The translations under genes were made by a program, and so were the position numbers. From an uncultured Candidatus Rokubacteria bacterium (GTDB lineage Bacteria > Methylomirabilota > Methylomirabilia > Rokubacteriales > CSP1-6), in NCBI GenBank assembly GCA_963789955.1, contig CAWBMV010000001.1:736001-800000 (forward strand): DNA of 64,000 bases, written 5' to 3'. This document shows, piece after piece, positions 21,987 through 33,783 of the stretch. The notes beneath the pieces are model-generated. The model had not been told where the DNA came from. It worked only from the letters and a program-made list of their open reading frames with translations, and ran no database searches. Positions within the stretch are counted from its first letter, which is position 1; each line of letters begins with the position of its first letter.

Positions 21987-22988
21987 ATGGTGGTGCTCGG
22001 GATCGAAAGCTCGTGTGACGAGACGGCCGCGGCGGTGCTCGCCGACGGTCGCCGTATCCTGTCGAGCGTCGTCGCCTCGCAAGATGCCATCCACGCGCCG
22101 TACGGCGGCGTGGTCCCCGAGCTCGCCTCGCGCCGTCATCTCGAGGTGATCGTGCCGGTGGTCGAGAAAGCGCTGGCCGACGCGAATGTTCGCCTGCCGG
22201 ATCTCGACGGGATCGCCGTCACGCAAGGGCCCGGGCTCGTCGGCTCGCTGCTGGTCGGGTGCTCGGTCGCGAAATCGCTCGCGTATGTGCACCGCCTGCC
22301 ACTGGTTGCCGTGAACCACCTGGAGGGGCACATCTACGCGTCGTTTCTCACCGACGATCCGCCGGAGCATCCGTTCCTGGCGCTCGTGGTCTCCGGCGGG
22401 CACACGGCCCTCTATCACGCCCGCGGGCCTCGCACGTACACCCTGGTCGGTCAGACCCGCGACGACGCCGCCGGCGAAGCGTTCGACAAGGTCGCGAAGC
22501 TCCTGGGCCTCGGCTTTCCGGGCGGGCCGGTGATCGAGCGCACGGCCACGGCCGGCGATCCCAAGGCCGTCACGTTTCCGCTCGCCCAGATGAGCGACGG
22601 CGCCGCCGACTTCTCGTTCAGCGGGATCAAGACGTCGGTATCTCTCTACGTCAAGCAGCGCGCGCCGCTCGGGGCCGCCGAGATCGCCGACGTCGCGGCG
22701 TCGTTCCAGGCGTCGGTCGTGAAGATGCTCGTGCGGAAGACCATCAAGGCCGCGCTGCACCACGGCATCAAGCGCGTGGTGCTGACCGGCGGTGTGGCCG
22801 CCAACACGCCCTTGCGCGAGGCGCTCGACGCGGCGGCGACCGAGCACGGCCTTCGCCTGCACATCCCGCCCCGAAATCTCTGTACCGACAACGCGGCGAT
22901 GATCACGGCGGCGGGCACGGTGCGCCTCGCGGCCGGAGAACGCGCACCGCTGACCATGAACGCCGCGCCCGACCTCGAGCTCGCGTGA
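21987..22988 (+). CDS. tsaD: tRNA N6-threonylcarbamoyltransferase
   Basis: GIESSCDET, GGVVPELASR.H, NHLEGH, DDAAGEAFDK, CTDNAAMI. Confidence 0.97.
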   Translation: MVVLGIESSCDETAAAVLADGRRILSSVVASQDAIHAPYGGVVPELASRRHLEVIVPVVEKALADANVRLPDLDGIAVTQGPGLVGSLLVGCSVAKSLAYVHRLPLVAVNHLEGHIYASFLTDDPPEHPFLALVVSGGHTALYHARGPRTYTLVGQTRDDAAGEAFDKVAKLLGLGFPGGPVIERTATAGDPKAVTFPLAQMSDGAADFSFSGIKTSVSLYVKQRAPLGAAEIADVAASFQASVVKMLVRKTIKAALHHGIKRVVLTGGVAANTPLREALDAAATEHGLRLHIPPRNLCTDNAAMITAAGTVRLAAGERAPLTMNAAPDLELA

Positions 22989-23001
22989 TGCGACGCGGGC
23001 T

Positions 23002-23316
23002 CGTGACCGTGAACCTGAGCGGCGCAACGCATCCGACAGATCGGGCGTGCGGAGCTTCGCCGCGCCTGTCTCAGGCCACCCTCGGGTCCAAGCCGGCCTC
23101 GAGGTCCGTGACCGTGAGTCGGAGCCGGCGGACGCACCCGAAGGGACCGGGCGTGCGGAGCATCGCCGCGTCTGTCTCAGGCCACCCTCGGTCCACGCCG
23201 GCCTCGAGGTCCGTCACCGTGAGTCGGAGCCGACGGACGCACCCGAAGGGACCGGGCGTGCGGAGCATCGCCGCGTCTGTCTCAGGCCACCCTCGGTCCA
23301 AGCCGGCCTCGAGGTC
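23002..23316. repeat. Tandem repeat, 3 x 105 bp
   Basis: Units start at 23002, 23107, 23212 (cgtg/caccgtga ... tctcaggccaccctcgg ... gccggcctcgaggtc); units 2 and 3 near-identical, unit 1 diverged in its 5' part. Confidence 0.95.
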
Positions 23317-23325
23317 CCCGCTACA

Positions 23326-24399
23326 ATGAACTACGAAGCGGTTCTCGCCGGTCTCCCCGACGCGGTGATCGCGGTCGACGCCGATCTGCGCATCGTGTTC
23401 TGGAACTCGGCGGCCGAGGTGCTCACGGAGCGCTCGGCGCGCCGCGCCGAGGGGCGGTATATCAAGGAAGTCTTCTCGCCGGACGCATCGGTCGTGCGGC
23501 GGCTCGGCGAGACCCTCGCCACGGGCGAGAGCCGATCCGAGGCCGAGAGCTTCGTCGAGCGCGGCGACGGCCGGCGACTGCCGGTCTCGATCGTGACGGC
23601 TCCGCTCTGCGGGCGCGACGGCCAGGTCGAGGCCGCGGTCGTGGTGCTGCGGGATCTCTCGCGAATTCATCAGCTCGAGGCGGAGGTGCGCCGGGGCGAG
23701 ACCCTCGCGGCGGCCGGACGGATGGCCGTCGGGCTCGCCCACGAGGTGCGCAATCCGCTGGGCGCGATCCGCGGCGCGGTGCAGCTGCTGCGGCGCGAGC
23801 TCGGTCCCGATTCGCGGCTCGGGGAGTACACGGACGTGCTCCTGACCGAGGTCGATCGCGTGAACCGCATCATCGAGACGCTTCTCGATCTGGCGCGGCC
23901 GATCCAGCTTCGGGCGGTGCCGTTGAATCTCCACCAACTCCTGGAGCGTGTGACTCTGCTGAGCGAGGAAGGCGCGCGCGAGCGCGAGGTCGCCCTGATC
24001 CGCCGCTACGACCCGAGTCTTCCGCCGATCCTCGGCGACGAGGATCGGCTGTTGCAGGTCTTTCACAATCTCGTGCGCAACGGCCTGGACGCCATGGAGC
24101 GCGGCGGTCGCCTCACGTTGACGACCCGCGTGAGTTTGAATCCGCTCTTCGGCAAGATGGACCTCGGCGCCGGCCAGCGCAGCATGGTGGAAGTGCAGGT
24201 GACCGACGAGGGGCCGGGAATTCCCGATGCGGTCCGCGCGAGGATCTTCGATCCGTTCTTCACGACCAAGGACAAGGGCCTCGGGCTCGGGCTCTCGATC
24301 TGTCACCGCATTCTCGAGGAGCACCGCGGCGCCATCCAGGTGGACAGCGCCGCCGGGCGCGGCACCAGCGTGACGTGCTTCTTGCCGATCGCCAAATGA
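23326..24399 (+). CDS. PAS sensor histidine kinase, NtrB-like
   Basis: PAS domain, LAHEVRNPLGAIRGA, RRYDPSLP, VTDEGPGIP, FDPFFTTK, GLGLGL. Confidence 0.9.
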   Translation: MNYEAVLAGLPDAVIAVDADLRIVFWNSAAEVLTERSARRAEGRYIKEVFSPDASVVRRLGETLATGESRSEAESFVERGDGRRLPVSIVTAPLCGRDGQVEAAVVVLRDLSRIHQLEAEVRRGETLAAAGRMAVGLAHEVRNPLGAIRGAVQLLRRELGPDSRLGEYTDVLLTEVDRVNRIIETLLDLARPIQLRAVPLNLHQLLERVTLLSEEGAREREVALIRRYDPSLPPILGDEDRLLQVFHNLVRNGLDAMERGGRLTLTTRVSLNPLFGKMDLGAGQRSMVEVQVTDEGPGIPDAVRARIFDPFFTTKDKGLGLGLSICHRILEEHRGAIQVDSAAGRGTSVTCFLPIAK

Positions 24400-25856
24400 C
24401 GGAAGGACGTCCCCGGCCATCGCTACCGTAAAGGCGCGCATCCTGGTCGCCGACGACGAGGACAGCCTGCGCTGGGTCCTGGAGAAGGGCCTGCGCCAGG
24501 CGGGCTACGACGTCCTGACCGTCAAAGACGGCATCGCCGCGCTCAAGGCGTTCGAGGCCGAGCCCTTTGACGTGGTCTTCCTCGATATCCGCATGCCGGG
24601 TGTCGACGGTCTCACCGCGCTCGGCCGCCTGCGCGAGATTCGCGCCGGACGCGTGCGTGGTCGTCATGACCGCCCACGGCACGATGGACACCGCCATCCA
24701 GGCGATGCAGCGCGGCGCGTACGACTACCTCGCGAAGCCGTTCGACCTGGACGAGGTGCTCCTGCTCACCGAGCGCGCGCTCACGGCGCGCCGGCTGACC
24801 CAGGAGGTGACGCGTCTCAAGAGCGGCCTGCACGACGTGTGGGAGTTCGGCGCCATCATCGGGCGCCACCCGCGCATGCAGGAGGTCTACAAGACGATCG
24901 GCCGCGTCGCGGCCAGCGACGTCACCGTCCTGCTGCGCGGCGAGTCCGGCACCGGCAAGGAGCTCGTGGCCAGCGCGATCCACCACTACAGCCGCCGCGC
25001 CGGCCGACCCTTCGTCGCCGTGTCGTGCGCCGCGATTCCGGCCACCTTGCTCGAGTCCGAGATGTTCGGGCACGAGCGCGGCGCCTTCACCGACGCGAAG
25101 GAGCGGCGCCTCGGGAAGCTCGAGCTCGCGCACGGCGGCACGCTCTACCTGGACGAGATCGGCGACATGCCGGTCGAGCTTCAGACCAAGCTGCTGCGCG
25201 CGCTGCAGGAGCGGACCATCGAGCGCGTCGGCGGCCAGGAATCGATTCGCATCGACGTGCGGGTGCTGGCCGCGACCAACCGCGACCTCGAGGTCCTGAT
25301 GAAGGACGGACGATTCCGCGAGGACCTCTACTACCGGCTCAACGTGGTGACCGTGAACCTGCCGTCGCTCCGCGAGCGCCGGCGCGACGTGCCGCTCCTG
25401 ATCGAGCATCTGCTCGCGAAGTACGCCGGCGAGCTCGGTGAGCGCGGCGTGGCCCCGGACGCGCTCGATCGACTGGTCGGCTACGATTGGCCCGGCAACG
25501 TGCGCGAGCTGGAGAACGTGATCCAGCGCGCGATGGTGATGGCCACCAGCGGCATCATCCTGCCGGAGCACCTGCCGATCGGTCCGGTGTCAGCGGCCGC
25601 CTCGGTCAGCGTCGACGCGCCGCTCGAGGAAGTCATCGAGCGCAAGCTCGTCGAGTGCGTGCGCGGCCTGCGCGACCACACGAGCGCGAACCTCTACGAC
25701 CTGATGATCGGCCTCGTCGAGAAGCCTCTGCTCCGCGCGGTGCTCCGCGAGACCGCCGGCAATCAGGTGCGGGCGGCCCAGATCCTCGGGATCAACCGGA
25801 ACACGCTGCGCAAGAAGCTGCTCGAGCACGGAATCGACCCGGGCGGCGTGGGGTAA
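24396..25856 (+). CDS. Sigma-54 response regulator, NtrC-like (frameshifts ~24420, ~24645)
   Basis: ILVADDEDSLRWVL receiver, GESGTGKE, GAFTDA, WPGNVRELEN, Fis HTH GNQVRAAQILGINRNTLRKK. Confidence 0.9.
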
Positions 25857-25905
25857 GGGCGACGTAAGCTCCGTCGACGTCCGGGAGCGCGACAAGAGAG
25901 ATCGA

Positions 25906-27848
<1,943 letters not shown>

Positions 27849-27866
27849 TCAAGTCGCCGCCGGCGA

Positions 27867-29368
27867 TCAGCGAATCCGCCAGCTCTTGTCCACGTAGCGA
27901 TGCCCTTCGGCCTCCGACACCTGGACGGCGGCGCGGTAGACGCCCGTCTCCACGGTGTGGACGCGCGTGTCCACCGCGATCTGCTCGGGGTCGGGTCCGT
28001 CCGCGAGCGCCTCCGCGAGGACGCGGCCATCGAGATCGTCGGCTCGGCGAGGCCGAGCAGGGCGAGGATGGTCGGCGCCACGTCCACGTTGCCCACCGGC
28101 ACCCGGACCGTCGTGCGCTTCTTGAAGTCCGCGCCCCAGGCCAGGAACGTGTTGCGCACGTTCCACGGGCTCATGCTGCCGTGGTCGCTGGCGTAGAGCT
28201 TCGCGCCGCCGCTGACGCTCGCGAGGTCGCCTCCCGGCACGCCGAACGCGTTCGTCCGAGAGGTCCACGGAAACGTGAAGAGCAGATCGGGCCCGCGCGC
28301 GGCGTTGGCCACGTGAATCAGCTCGAGCGAGAACGTACCCTCGACACCGCCGTGGGGGTCCCCGGGCGCGCGAGCCGGAGCGAAGAGCACGCCGCCCCAC
28401 TCCCGCGACTGGACGAAGCGCGCGATCGCCGCGATGCGCTCGCGGTCGTGACCCTCGACGTGAACCGCCACCGCCTGCCCGCTGCTGGCGAGCACCACGT
28501 CGGCGGAGTCGGCCGACGCCTTCAGACCGGCGGCGATCAGCTCGCCGGCGACGTCGACGCCGGACACGTTGGTGGTGAACCCGTGGTCGGACACGACGAA
28601 GACGTCGGTCGACGGTGTCAGCCCGCGCTCGTCGAGGGTCGCCAGCACGCGAGCGATCTCGCGATCGTCGTTCGCGAGCGCTTCGCGCGAGGACGGCGAG
28701 CCCACGCCGAGGTGGTGCTGGCTGTGATCCGGCTCGGTGAGCCAGTTGATGACGACGTCGGGCGTGAGCTCCGGCAGCACGTACTCGCGGAGCACGCGTT
28801 GTGTCCACGCGACCACCTCGTCGTACCGGTCGAATGCTCCCCGCGGGGGCGCCGGTCCGAACTTGGCGAGGATCGCCGCGCTCACCTCGGCCGGCCACGC
28901 CACCAGCTTGCCGGGCTCGAAGGCGCCGTTGACGAGCACGCCGATTCCGTCGCGGGCTCGAGGATTGGTCAGGAGCGCGCTGCCGGTCGAGCCCGAGCTG
29001 ACGGAGGCGAGGCGAAGCCCGCGCGCGTGAAGGCGCTCTCCGAGCGTCCGGGTGAGCACGAGTCGTCGGTCCGTCGCGTCGTCGAGGGCGAGCAGTCGCC
29101 GATGGTTGCCGGTGTCCAGCGCACGGCGCGGATCCACCGCCGCCACGTACATCTGGTTACCCAGGATTCCGTTCGAGCCCGGGTGCATCCCGGTGCCGAG
29201 CGCGGCGGCGTTGACCCGCGTCACCGTCGGAAATACCGAGTGGCCGTTCGTGAAATCGACGCCCTCGGACCGCAGGCGGTGCAAGGTGGGCGTGCCATCG
29301 GGGGAGATGGCGTCGGGTCGGAGCCCGTCGACGACGAACACGATGACGAAACGGGTGCCGGTCGGCAT
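27867..29368 (-). CDS. Alkaline phosphatase superfamily / nucleotide pyrophosphatase-phosphodiesterase (frameshift ~28045)
   Basis: VVDGLRPD, FPTVTRVN, EPDHSQH, VVSDHG, NVDVAPTIL, LDGRVL in second frame. Confidence 0.85.
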
Positions 29369-29420
29369 GAGCCGCTATGCTAGCGCGCTCGGGGGAGGAT
29401 TGGTATCATCCCGAATCACC

Positions 29421-30626
29421 ATGAAAATCTGCTTCTTCCATCTGATGCCGTACCGATTTCTGCCCGAGGACTTCGAGCGGAAGTACCGGTCGGTGTGGGT
29501 GGACGTCCCGCATCACCTGCACGACGCCGAGAAGACCCGCGGCCTGTACCAGGAGTTTCTGGACGAGCTGGAGTTCGCGGAGGCGCAGGGCTTCGACGGC
29601 CTGTGCGTGAACGAGCATCACAACAACGCCTACGGCCTGATGCCCTCCCCGAACCTCATGGCGGCGGCGCTGACGCGGCGGACGTCGCAGGCGGCGCTCG
29701 TCGTCCTCGGTAACAGCCTGGCCGCGTACAACCCGCCGCTCCGCGTGGCCGAGGAGTTCGCGATGCTCGACCTCCTCTCGGGCGGCCGGCTCGTCGCCGG
29801 CTTTCCGGTCGGCACGTCGATGGACATGAACTTCGCGTACGGGATCAACCCGGCGACCCTGCGCGATCGGTACTACGAGGCGCACGACCTCGTCATCCAG
29901 GCGTGGACGCGGCCCGAGGTGTTCGCGTTCAACGGCAAGTACACCCAGGTCCGCTACGCGAACATCTGGCCCCAGCCGCTCCAGAAGCCGCACCCGCCGG
30001 TGTGGATCCCGGGCGGCGGCAGCGTCGAGACGTGGGAGTGGACGGCGAAGCTCGACTACGTCTACTGCTACCTCTCGTACTTCGGCTACAAGCGCGGCCG
30101 CGCCACCATGGACGGCTTCTGGGAGGCGATCGCGCGCGTCGGCGCCGACGACAATCCGTTCCGCGCGGGCTTCCTGCAGCTGGTGTGCGTGTCGGAAACC
30201 GACGCGCAGGCCGAGCGCGACTATTTCCAGCACGTGCACTACTTCTACCAGAAGTGTCTGAACGTCTGGGAAGGCTTCGCGGAGGCACCCGGCTACCGCA
30301 CGGTCAAGACGGTGCAGAGCGGGAGCCGCGCCCAGGTCGGCGCCGCGGCGCGCAAGGCCCGCCAATCGCTCGACTGGGGCCAGTACGTCGACCAGGGCTA
30401 CATCATCGCGGGGAGTCCGCAGACCGTGCGCCAGCAGCTCACCGAGTGCATTCGCAGCCTCCGGGTCGGCCATCTGATGGTGCTGCTCCAGATCGGCAGC
30501 ATGCCGAAGGAGCTGGCGTTCAAGAACACCGAGCTGTTCGCCAAGGAAGTGATGCCGCACGTCCGCGATCAGTGGCCCGGCTACAAGGACCGCTGGTGGC
30601 CGTCGGGCGCCCGGAACGGATCGTGA
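29421..30626 (+). CDS. LLM-class flavin-dependent oxidoreductase
   Basis: GFDGLCVNEHH, PLRVAEEFAMLD..SGGRL, PLQKPHPPVWI. Confidence 0.9.
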   Translation: MKICFFHLMPYRFLPEDFERKYRSVWVDVPHHLHDAEKTRGLYQEFLDELEFAEAQGFDGLCVNEHHNNAYGLMPSPNLMAAALTRRTSQAALVVLGNSLAAYNPPLRVAEEFAMLDLLSGGRLVAGFPVGTSMDMNFAYGINPATLRDRYYEAHDLVIQAWTRPEVFAFNGKYTQVRYANIWPQPLQKPHPPVWIPGGGSVETWEWTAKLDYVYCYLSYFGYKRGRATMDGFWEAIARVGADDNPFRAGFLQLVCVSETDAQAERDYFQHVHYFYQKCLNVWEGFAEAPGYRTVKTVQSGSRAQVGAAARKARQSLDWGQYVDQGYIIAGSPQTVRQQLTECIRSLRVGHLMVLLQIGSMPKELAFKNTELFAKEVMPHVRDQWPGYKDRWWPSGARNGS

Positions 30627-30654
30627 GCGCAGCGCGATCGACCGAGGTGGCCTG

Positions 30655-31440
30655 ATGCCCGACGCGCACACGATCGAGATCCGGGGCGGCGCCGTGACGT
30701 TCAGGGTCCTCACCGCCGGACGGGGCGCCCCGCTGGTCTATTTCCATTCGTATTTCGAGCGCAGCGCGTGGTCGCCGTTCCTCGACCTCCTGGCCCGGTC
30801 CTTCAGCGTGTACGCGCCGGCCCATCCTGGTGTCGCGGGCTCGAGCGGTATCGAGACGCTCGACGATCTGCTCGATCTCACGCTCGCCTACGACGAGCTC
30901 TTCACCGCGCTGGGCGTCGAGCGGGCCCACCTGGTCGGCCATTCGTTCGGCGCCATGGCCGCCGCGGAGCTCGGCGCCGTCTTCCCGGGACGCGCGCAGA
31001 GCCTGACGCTCGTGTCGCCGCTCGGTCTCTGGCGCGACGACGCTCCGCCGGCTGACATCCTCATCTTGCCCGCCGACGAGCTTGCGGCCGTTCTGTGGCG
31101 CGATCCGACGTCACGCGTCGCCGTCGAGTGGGCCGCGGGCTCGGGCGGCGACCCCGAGGACATCGCCGCGCAGGTCGAGTCGCTCCAGCGCCGGTCGTCG
31201 ATGGCGAAGTTCGTGTGGCCGATCCCCGACAAGGGGCTCCGCCGGCGCCTGCACCGGATCGCGGCACCGACGCTCCTGGTGTGGGGTGACGAGGATCGCG
31301 CGAACCCGGTCGTCTACGCCGAGGAGTGGCAGCGACGCATCAAGGGCGCCGCGCTTCGTCTGCTTCCGGGCGGCCACATGGTCCTGCACGAAACGCCCGA
31401 GCCGGCCGCGCGCGCCGTCGTGGAGCTTGCGCGCTCGTGA
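30655..31440 (+). CDS. Alpha/beta hydrolase
   Basis: GHSFG nucleophile elbow, PTLLVWG..D, GGH. Confidence 0.85.
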   Translation: MPDAHTIEIRGGAVTFRVLTAGRGAPLVYFHSYFERSAWSPFLDLLARSFSVYAPAHPGVAGSSGIETLDDLLDLTLAYDELFTALGVERAHLVGHSFGAMAAAELGAVFPGRAQSLTLVSPLGLWRDDAPPADILILPADELAAVLWRDPTSRVAVEWAAGSGGDPEDIAAQVESLQRRSSMAKFVWPIPDKGLRRRLHRIAAPTLLVWGDEDRANPVVYAEEWQRRIKGAALRLLPGGHMVLHETPEPAARAVVELARS

Positions 31441-32222
31441 CTCTGCTCGCCGGTAGCGCCTTCGTCAGCGGCGGCGGCTCGGGGATCGGACGCGCCATCG
31501 CTCAGGCGCTCGCGTCTCAGGGGGCGGCGGTGGCCGTCATGGACCTCTTGCCCGAAGGCGGCAAGGACACCGTCGCGACGATCGCGGCCAAGGGCGGACG
31601 CGCGACGTTCGTGCAGGGTGACGTCGGCCGCTGGGACGACGTCGATCGAGCGGTCGCGGCCGGCGTGCGCGAGCTCGGGCCGCTCGGGATCATGGTCAAC
31701 GCGGCCGGCGTGCTCGACGGCTATGCTCCGGCGGACGAGATCGGCCCGGCGCTGTGGGAGCGTGTCATCGGGATCAACCTCACCGGCACGTTCTACGGCA
31801 GCAAGCGCGCACTGGCCGAGATGCTCCCGCTCGGGCGCGGGCGCATCGTCAACATCGCCTCGGTGGCGGGCCTGGTGGGCTCGGGCGGCGGCGCGGCCTA
31901 CACCGCGTCCAAGCACGGCGTGGTCGGTCTCACTCGCCAGCTCGCGATCACGTACGCCGGACGCGGGATCACGGTGAACGCGATCTGCCCGGGCGCGATC
32001 CAGACCGCGCTGCGCGACAACTCGACGCGAATTCTCGGTGCCGACGCGCCGGTGATGCGCGGCGTCGGCGGCGACGAGGCTGCCATACGCGCGATCACGC
32101 CGGCGGGCCGGCGCGGCACGCTCGAGGAGATCGCGGCCGCCGCCTGCTACCTCGCCAGCTCAGAAGCGGACTATGTCACGGGCTCGACGCTCGTGGTCGA
32201 TGGAGGATGGACAGCGAGATGA
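31437..32222 (+). CDS. SDR family oxidoreductase
   Basis: GGGSGIG, NAAG, YTASK, VDGGW. Confidence 0.9.
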   Translation: MTLLAGSAFVSGGGSGIGRAIAQALASQGAAVAVMDLLPEGGKDTVATIAAKGGRATFVQGDVGRWDDVDRAVAAGVRELGPLGIMVNAAGVLDGYAPADEIGPALWERVIGINLTGTFYGSKRALAEMLPLGRGRIVNIASVAGLVGSGGGAAYTASKHGVVGLTRQLAITYAGRGITVNAICPGAIQTALRDNSTRILGADAPVMRGVGGDEAAIRAITPAGRRGTLEEIAAAACYLASSEADYVTGSTLVVDGGWTAR

Positions 32223-33361
32223 TCAAGCGATTCCACGTGCTCTATGTCGGCCAGGTGGATCTGGAAAATATCGGACTGCAGGGGACCCCGGCCAATTCCC
32301 GGCGCTACGACAACGACAAGCTGAGCGAGCCCTTCTTCGCGGCGCGCGACGTCGCGCAGCTGATGGACGATCTCGGCTACTACGCCCTGTGGACGGCGGA
32401 GCATCACTTCCAGCGCGAAGGCTACGAGGTCTTTCCGAACCTCGTCCAGCTCTCGCTGTGGCTCGCCACGCAGACCCGGCGCTTGAAGCTCGGGTGCGCC
32501 TTCAACGTGCTCCCGATGTGGCATCCGATCCGGCTGGCCGAAGACTACGCGATGGCCGACATCGTCACCGACGGCCGGGTGATCATGGGCGTCGGCCGTG
32601 GCTATCACTCTCGTGAAGTCGAGTCGTTCGGCGCGCCCGTCATCGACCAGGCGGCCAACCGGGAGATGTTCGAGGAGCAGGTCGACCTGATGCTGAAGTG
32701 CTTCAACGACGACTCGTTCAACCACCACGGCAAGCGCTACGAGGCTCCGCCGCCCGTGGAGTATCGCGGCTATCAGCTCAGCGACATCACCTGCGTGCCG
32801 CGGCCCAAGCACCTGCCGGTCGAGGTCTGGATGCCGATCGCCAGCAGCAAGTCCATCGACTACATGGCGAGCAAGAACTTCAAGGCGATGGTGACGCTGA
32901 ACGGCGAGAAGATCCTGGACGACGTGGTGAAGGCCTATCGCGACGCCTGCGCCAAGTACGGACGCCGCAAGCAGCTCGGCGAGGACATGATCTGGGGCGC
33001 CGGGCTCTATCTGGCCGACACGCCCGAGGAGGCCAAGCGCCGGGTCGAGCCGTCGCACGACGAGCGCTACAAGTGGTTCGCGCCGTTCGGCTTCGTGCGC
33101 TACGCCGACGAGCAGGGGCGCACGTGGGGTACGCCGGGCGCGCCCGCCCGCACCCCGTCGCTCGCCGACGGAATCCAGCAGAAGGCGTGGTTCTGCGGTC
33201 CGCCGTCGCACGTCATCGACGGGATCAAGTCGATGGCGGCCAAGTATCCCGGGCTCGAGGACTTCATGATCCACTGGGCCGAGGGCCTGTCGGCGAAGGA
33301 GTTCAAGGAGCAGCTCCGCTGGTTCGCGCGCGACGTGATGCCTGCGTTTCAGGCGCGCTAG
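32219..33361 (+). CDS. LLM-class flavin-dependent oxidoreductase
   Basis: LWTAEHHF, WHPIRLAEDYAMAD..TDGR..GVGRG. Confidence 0.9.
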   Translation: MIKRFHVLYVGQVDLENIGLQGTPANSRRYDNDKLSEPFFAARDVAQLMDDLGYYALWTAEHHFQREGYEVFPNLVQLSLWLATQTRRLKLGCAFNVLPMWHPIRLAEDYAMADIVTDGRVIMGVGRGYHSREVESFGAPVIDQAANREMFEEQVDLMLKCFNDDSFNHHGKRYEAPPPVEYRGYQLSDITCVPRPKHLPVEVWMPIASSKSIDYMASKNFKAMVTLNGEKILDDVVKAYRDACAKYGRRKQLGEDMIWGAGLYLADTPEEAKRRVEPSHDERYKWFAPFGFVRYADEQGRTWGTPGAPARTPSLADGIQQKAWFCGPPSHVIDGIKSMAAKYPGLEDFMIHWAEGLSAKEFKEQLRWFARDVMPAFQAR

Positions 33362-33527
33362 CAGGGCCGAGCGCGCCCCTGCGCGCCAATACCCCACCCG
33401 GGTATTCTTCCCTCGGGGGAAACCCCCTAGGGATGGTATTTTCTCTTTTCACGCCCTCGTGCCTGTGGTAGGAATACCCCCGAGGGAAGTAAACGGCCGA
33501 ACCACCATTACGAGGTAAGGAGGCACT

Positions 33528-33689
33528 ATGGCGAAGGGCAAGAAGGCGTTCGGGGGCTATTCGATCAATTTCAAGGGCTGTAAGGATTCGGCCGAGGCGA
33601 TCTTCGGCGGCTCGCCGATCGGGCCGTCCGAGATGACGAAGAAGATCTGGGCCTATGTGAAGCGCAAGAAGCTCGCCGGCAAGAAGTAG
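33528..33689 (+). CDS. 53-aa basic protein resembling the N-terminal half of a SWIB/MDM2 domain (absent from the ORF track)
   Basis: MAKGKKAFGGYSINFKGCKDSAEAIFGGSPIGPSEMTKKIWAYVKRKKLAGKK; SD TAAGGAGG; GC3-rich codons; downstream terminator. Confidence 0.85.
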   Translation: MAKGKKAFGGYSINFKGCKDSAEAIFGGSPIGPSEMTKKIWAYVKRKKLAGKK

Positions 33690-33714
33690 TCTCGGCGCTT
33701 CTTCGTGTCGTCAC

Positions 33715-33751
33715 GGGCGGCTTGCGCTCTGCGAGCCGCCCTTCGCTTTTT
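33715..33751 (+). terminator. Intrinsic terminator after the small basic protein
   Basis: gggcggcttgc-gctct-gcgagccgccc followed by ttcgcttttt. Confidence 0.7.
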
Positions 33752-33783
33752 CAGTCCCGGCTCGCGCGCGTCGCGGGAAGGTC

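Noticed and set aside
23002..23316. CRISPR array
   Set aside because: Whole units repeat with no unique spacers; no cas genes
23107..23316. Canonical glycine riboswitch
   Set aside because: Only scattered words match (GGAG, CCGAAGG, TCTCAGG); unit 1 lacks them and the gene context is not glycine-related
23047..23325. 35-aa repeat N-terminal extension of the kinase
   Set aside because: Frame is open only because the unit is 105 bp and GC-rich; the PAS domain starts cleanly at ATG 23326
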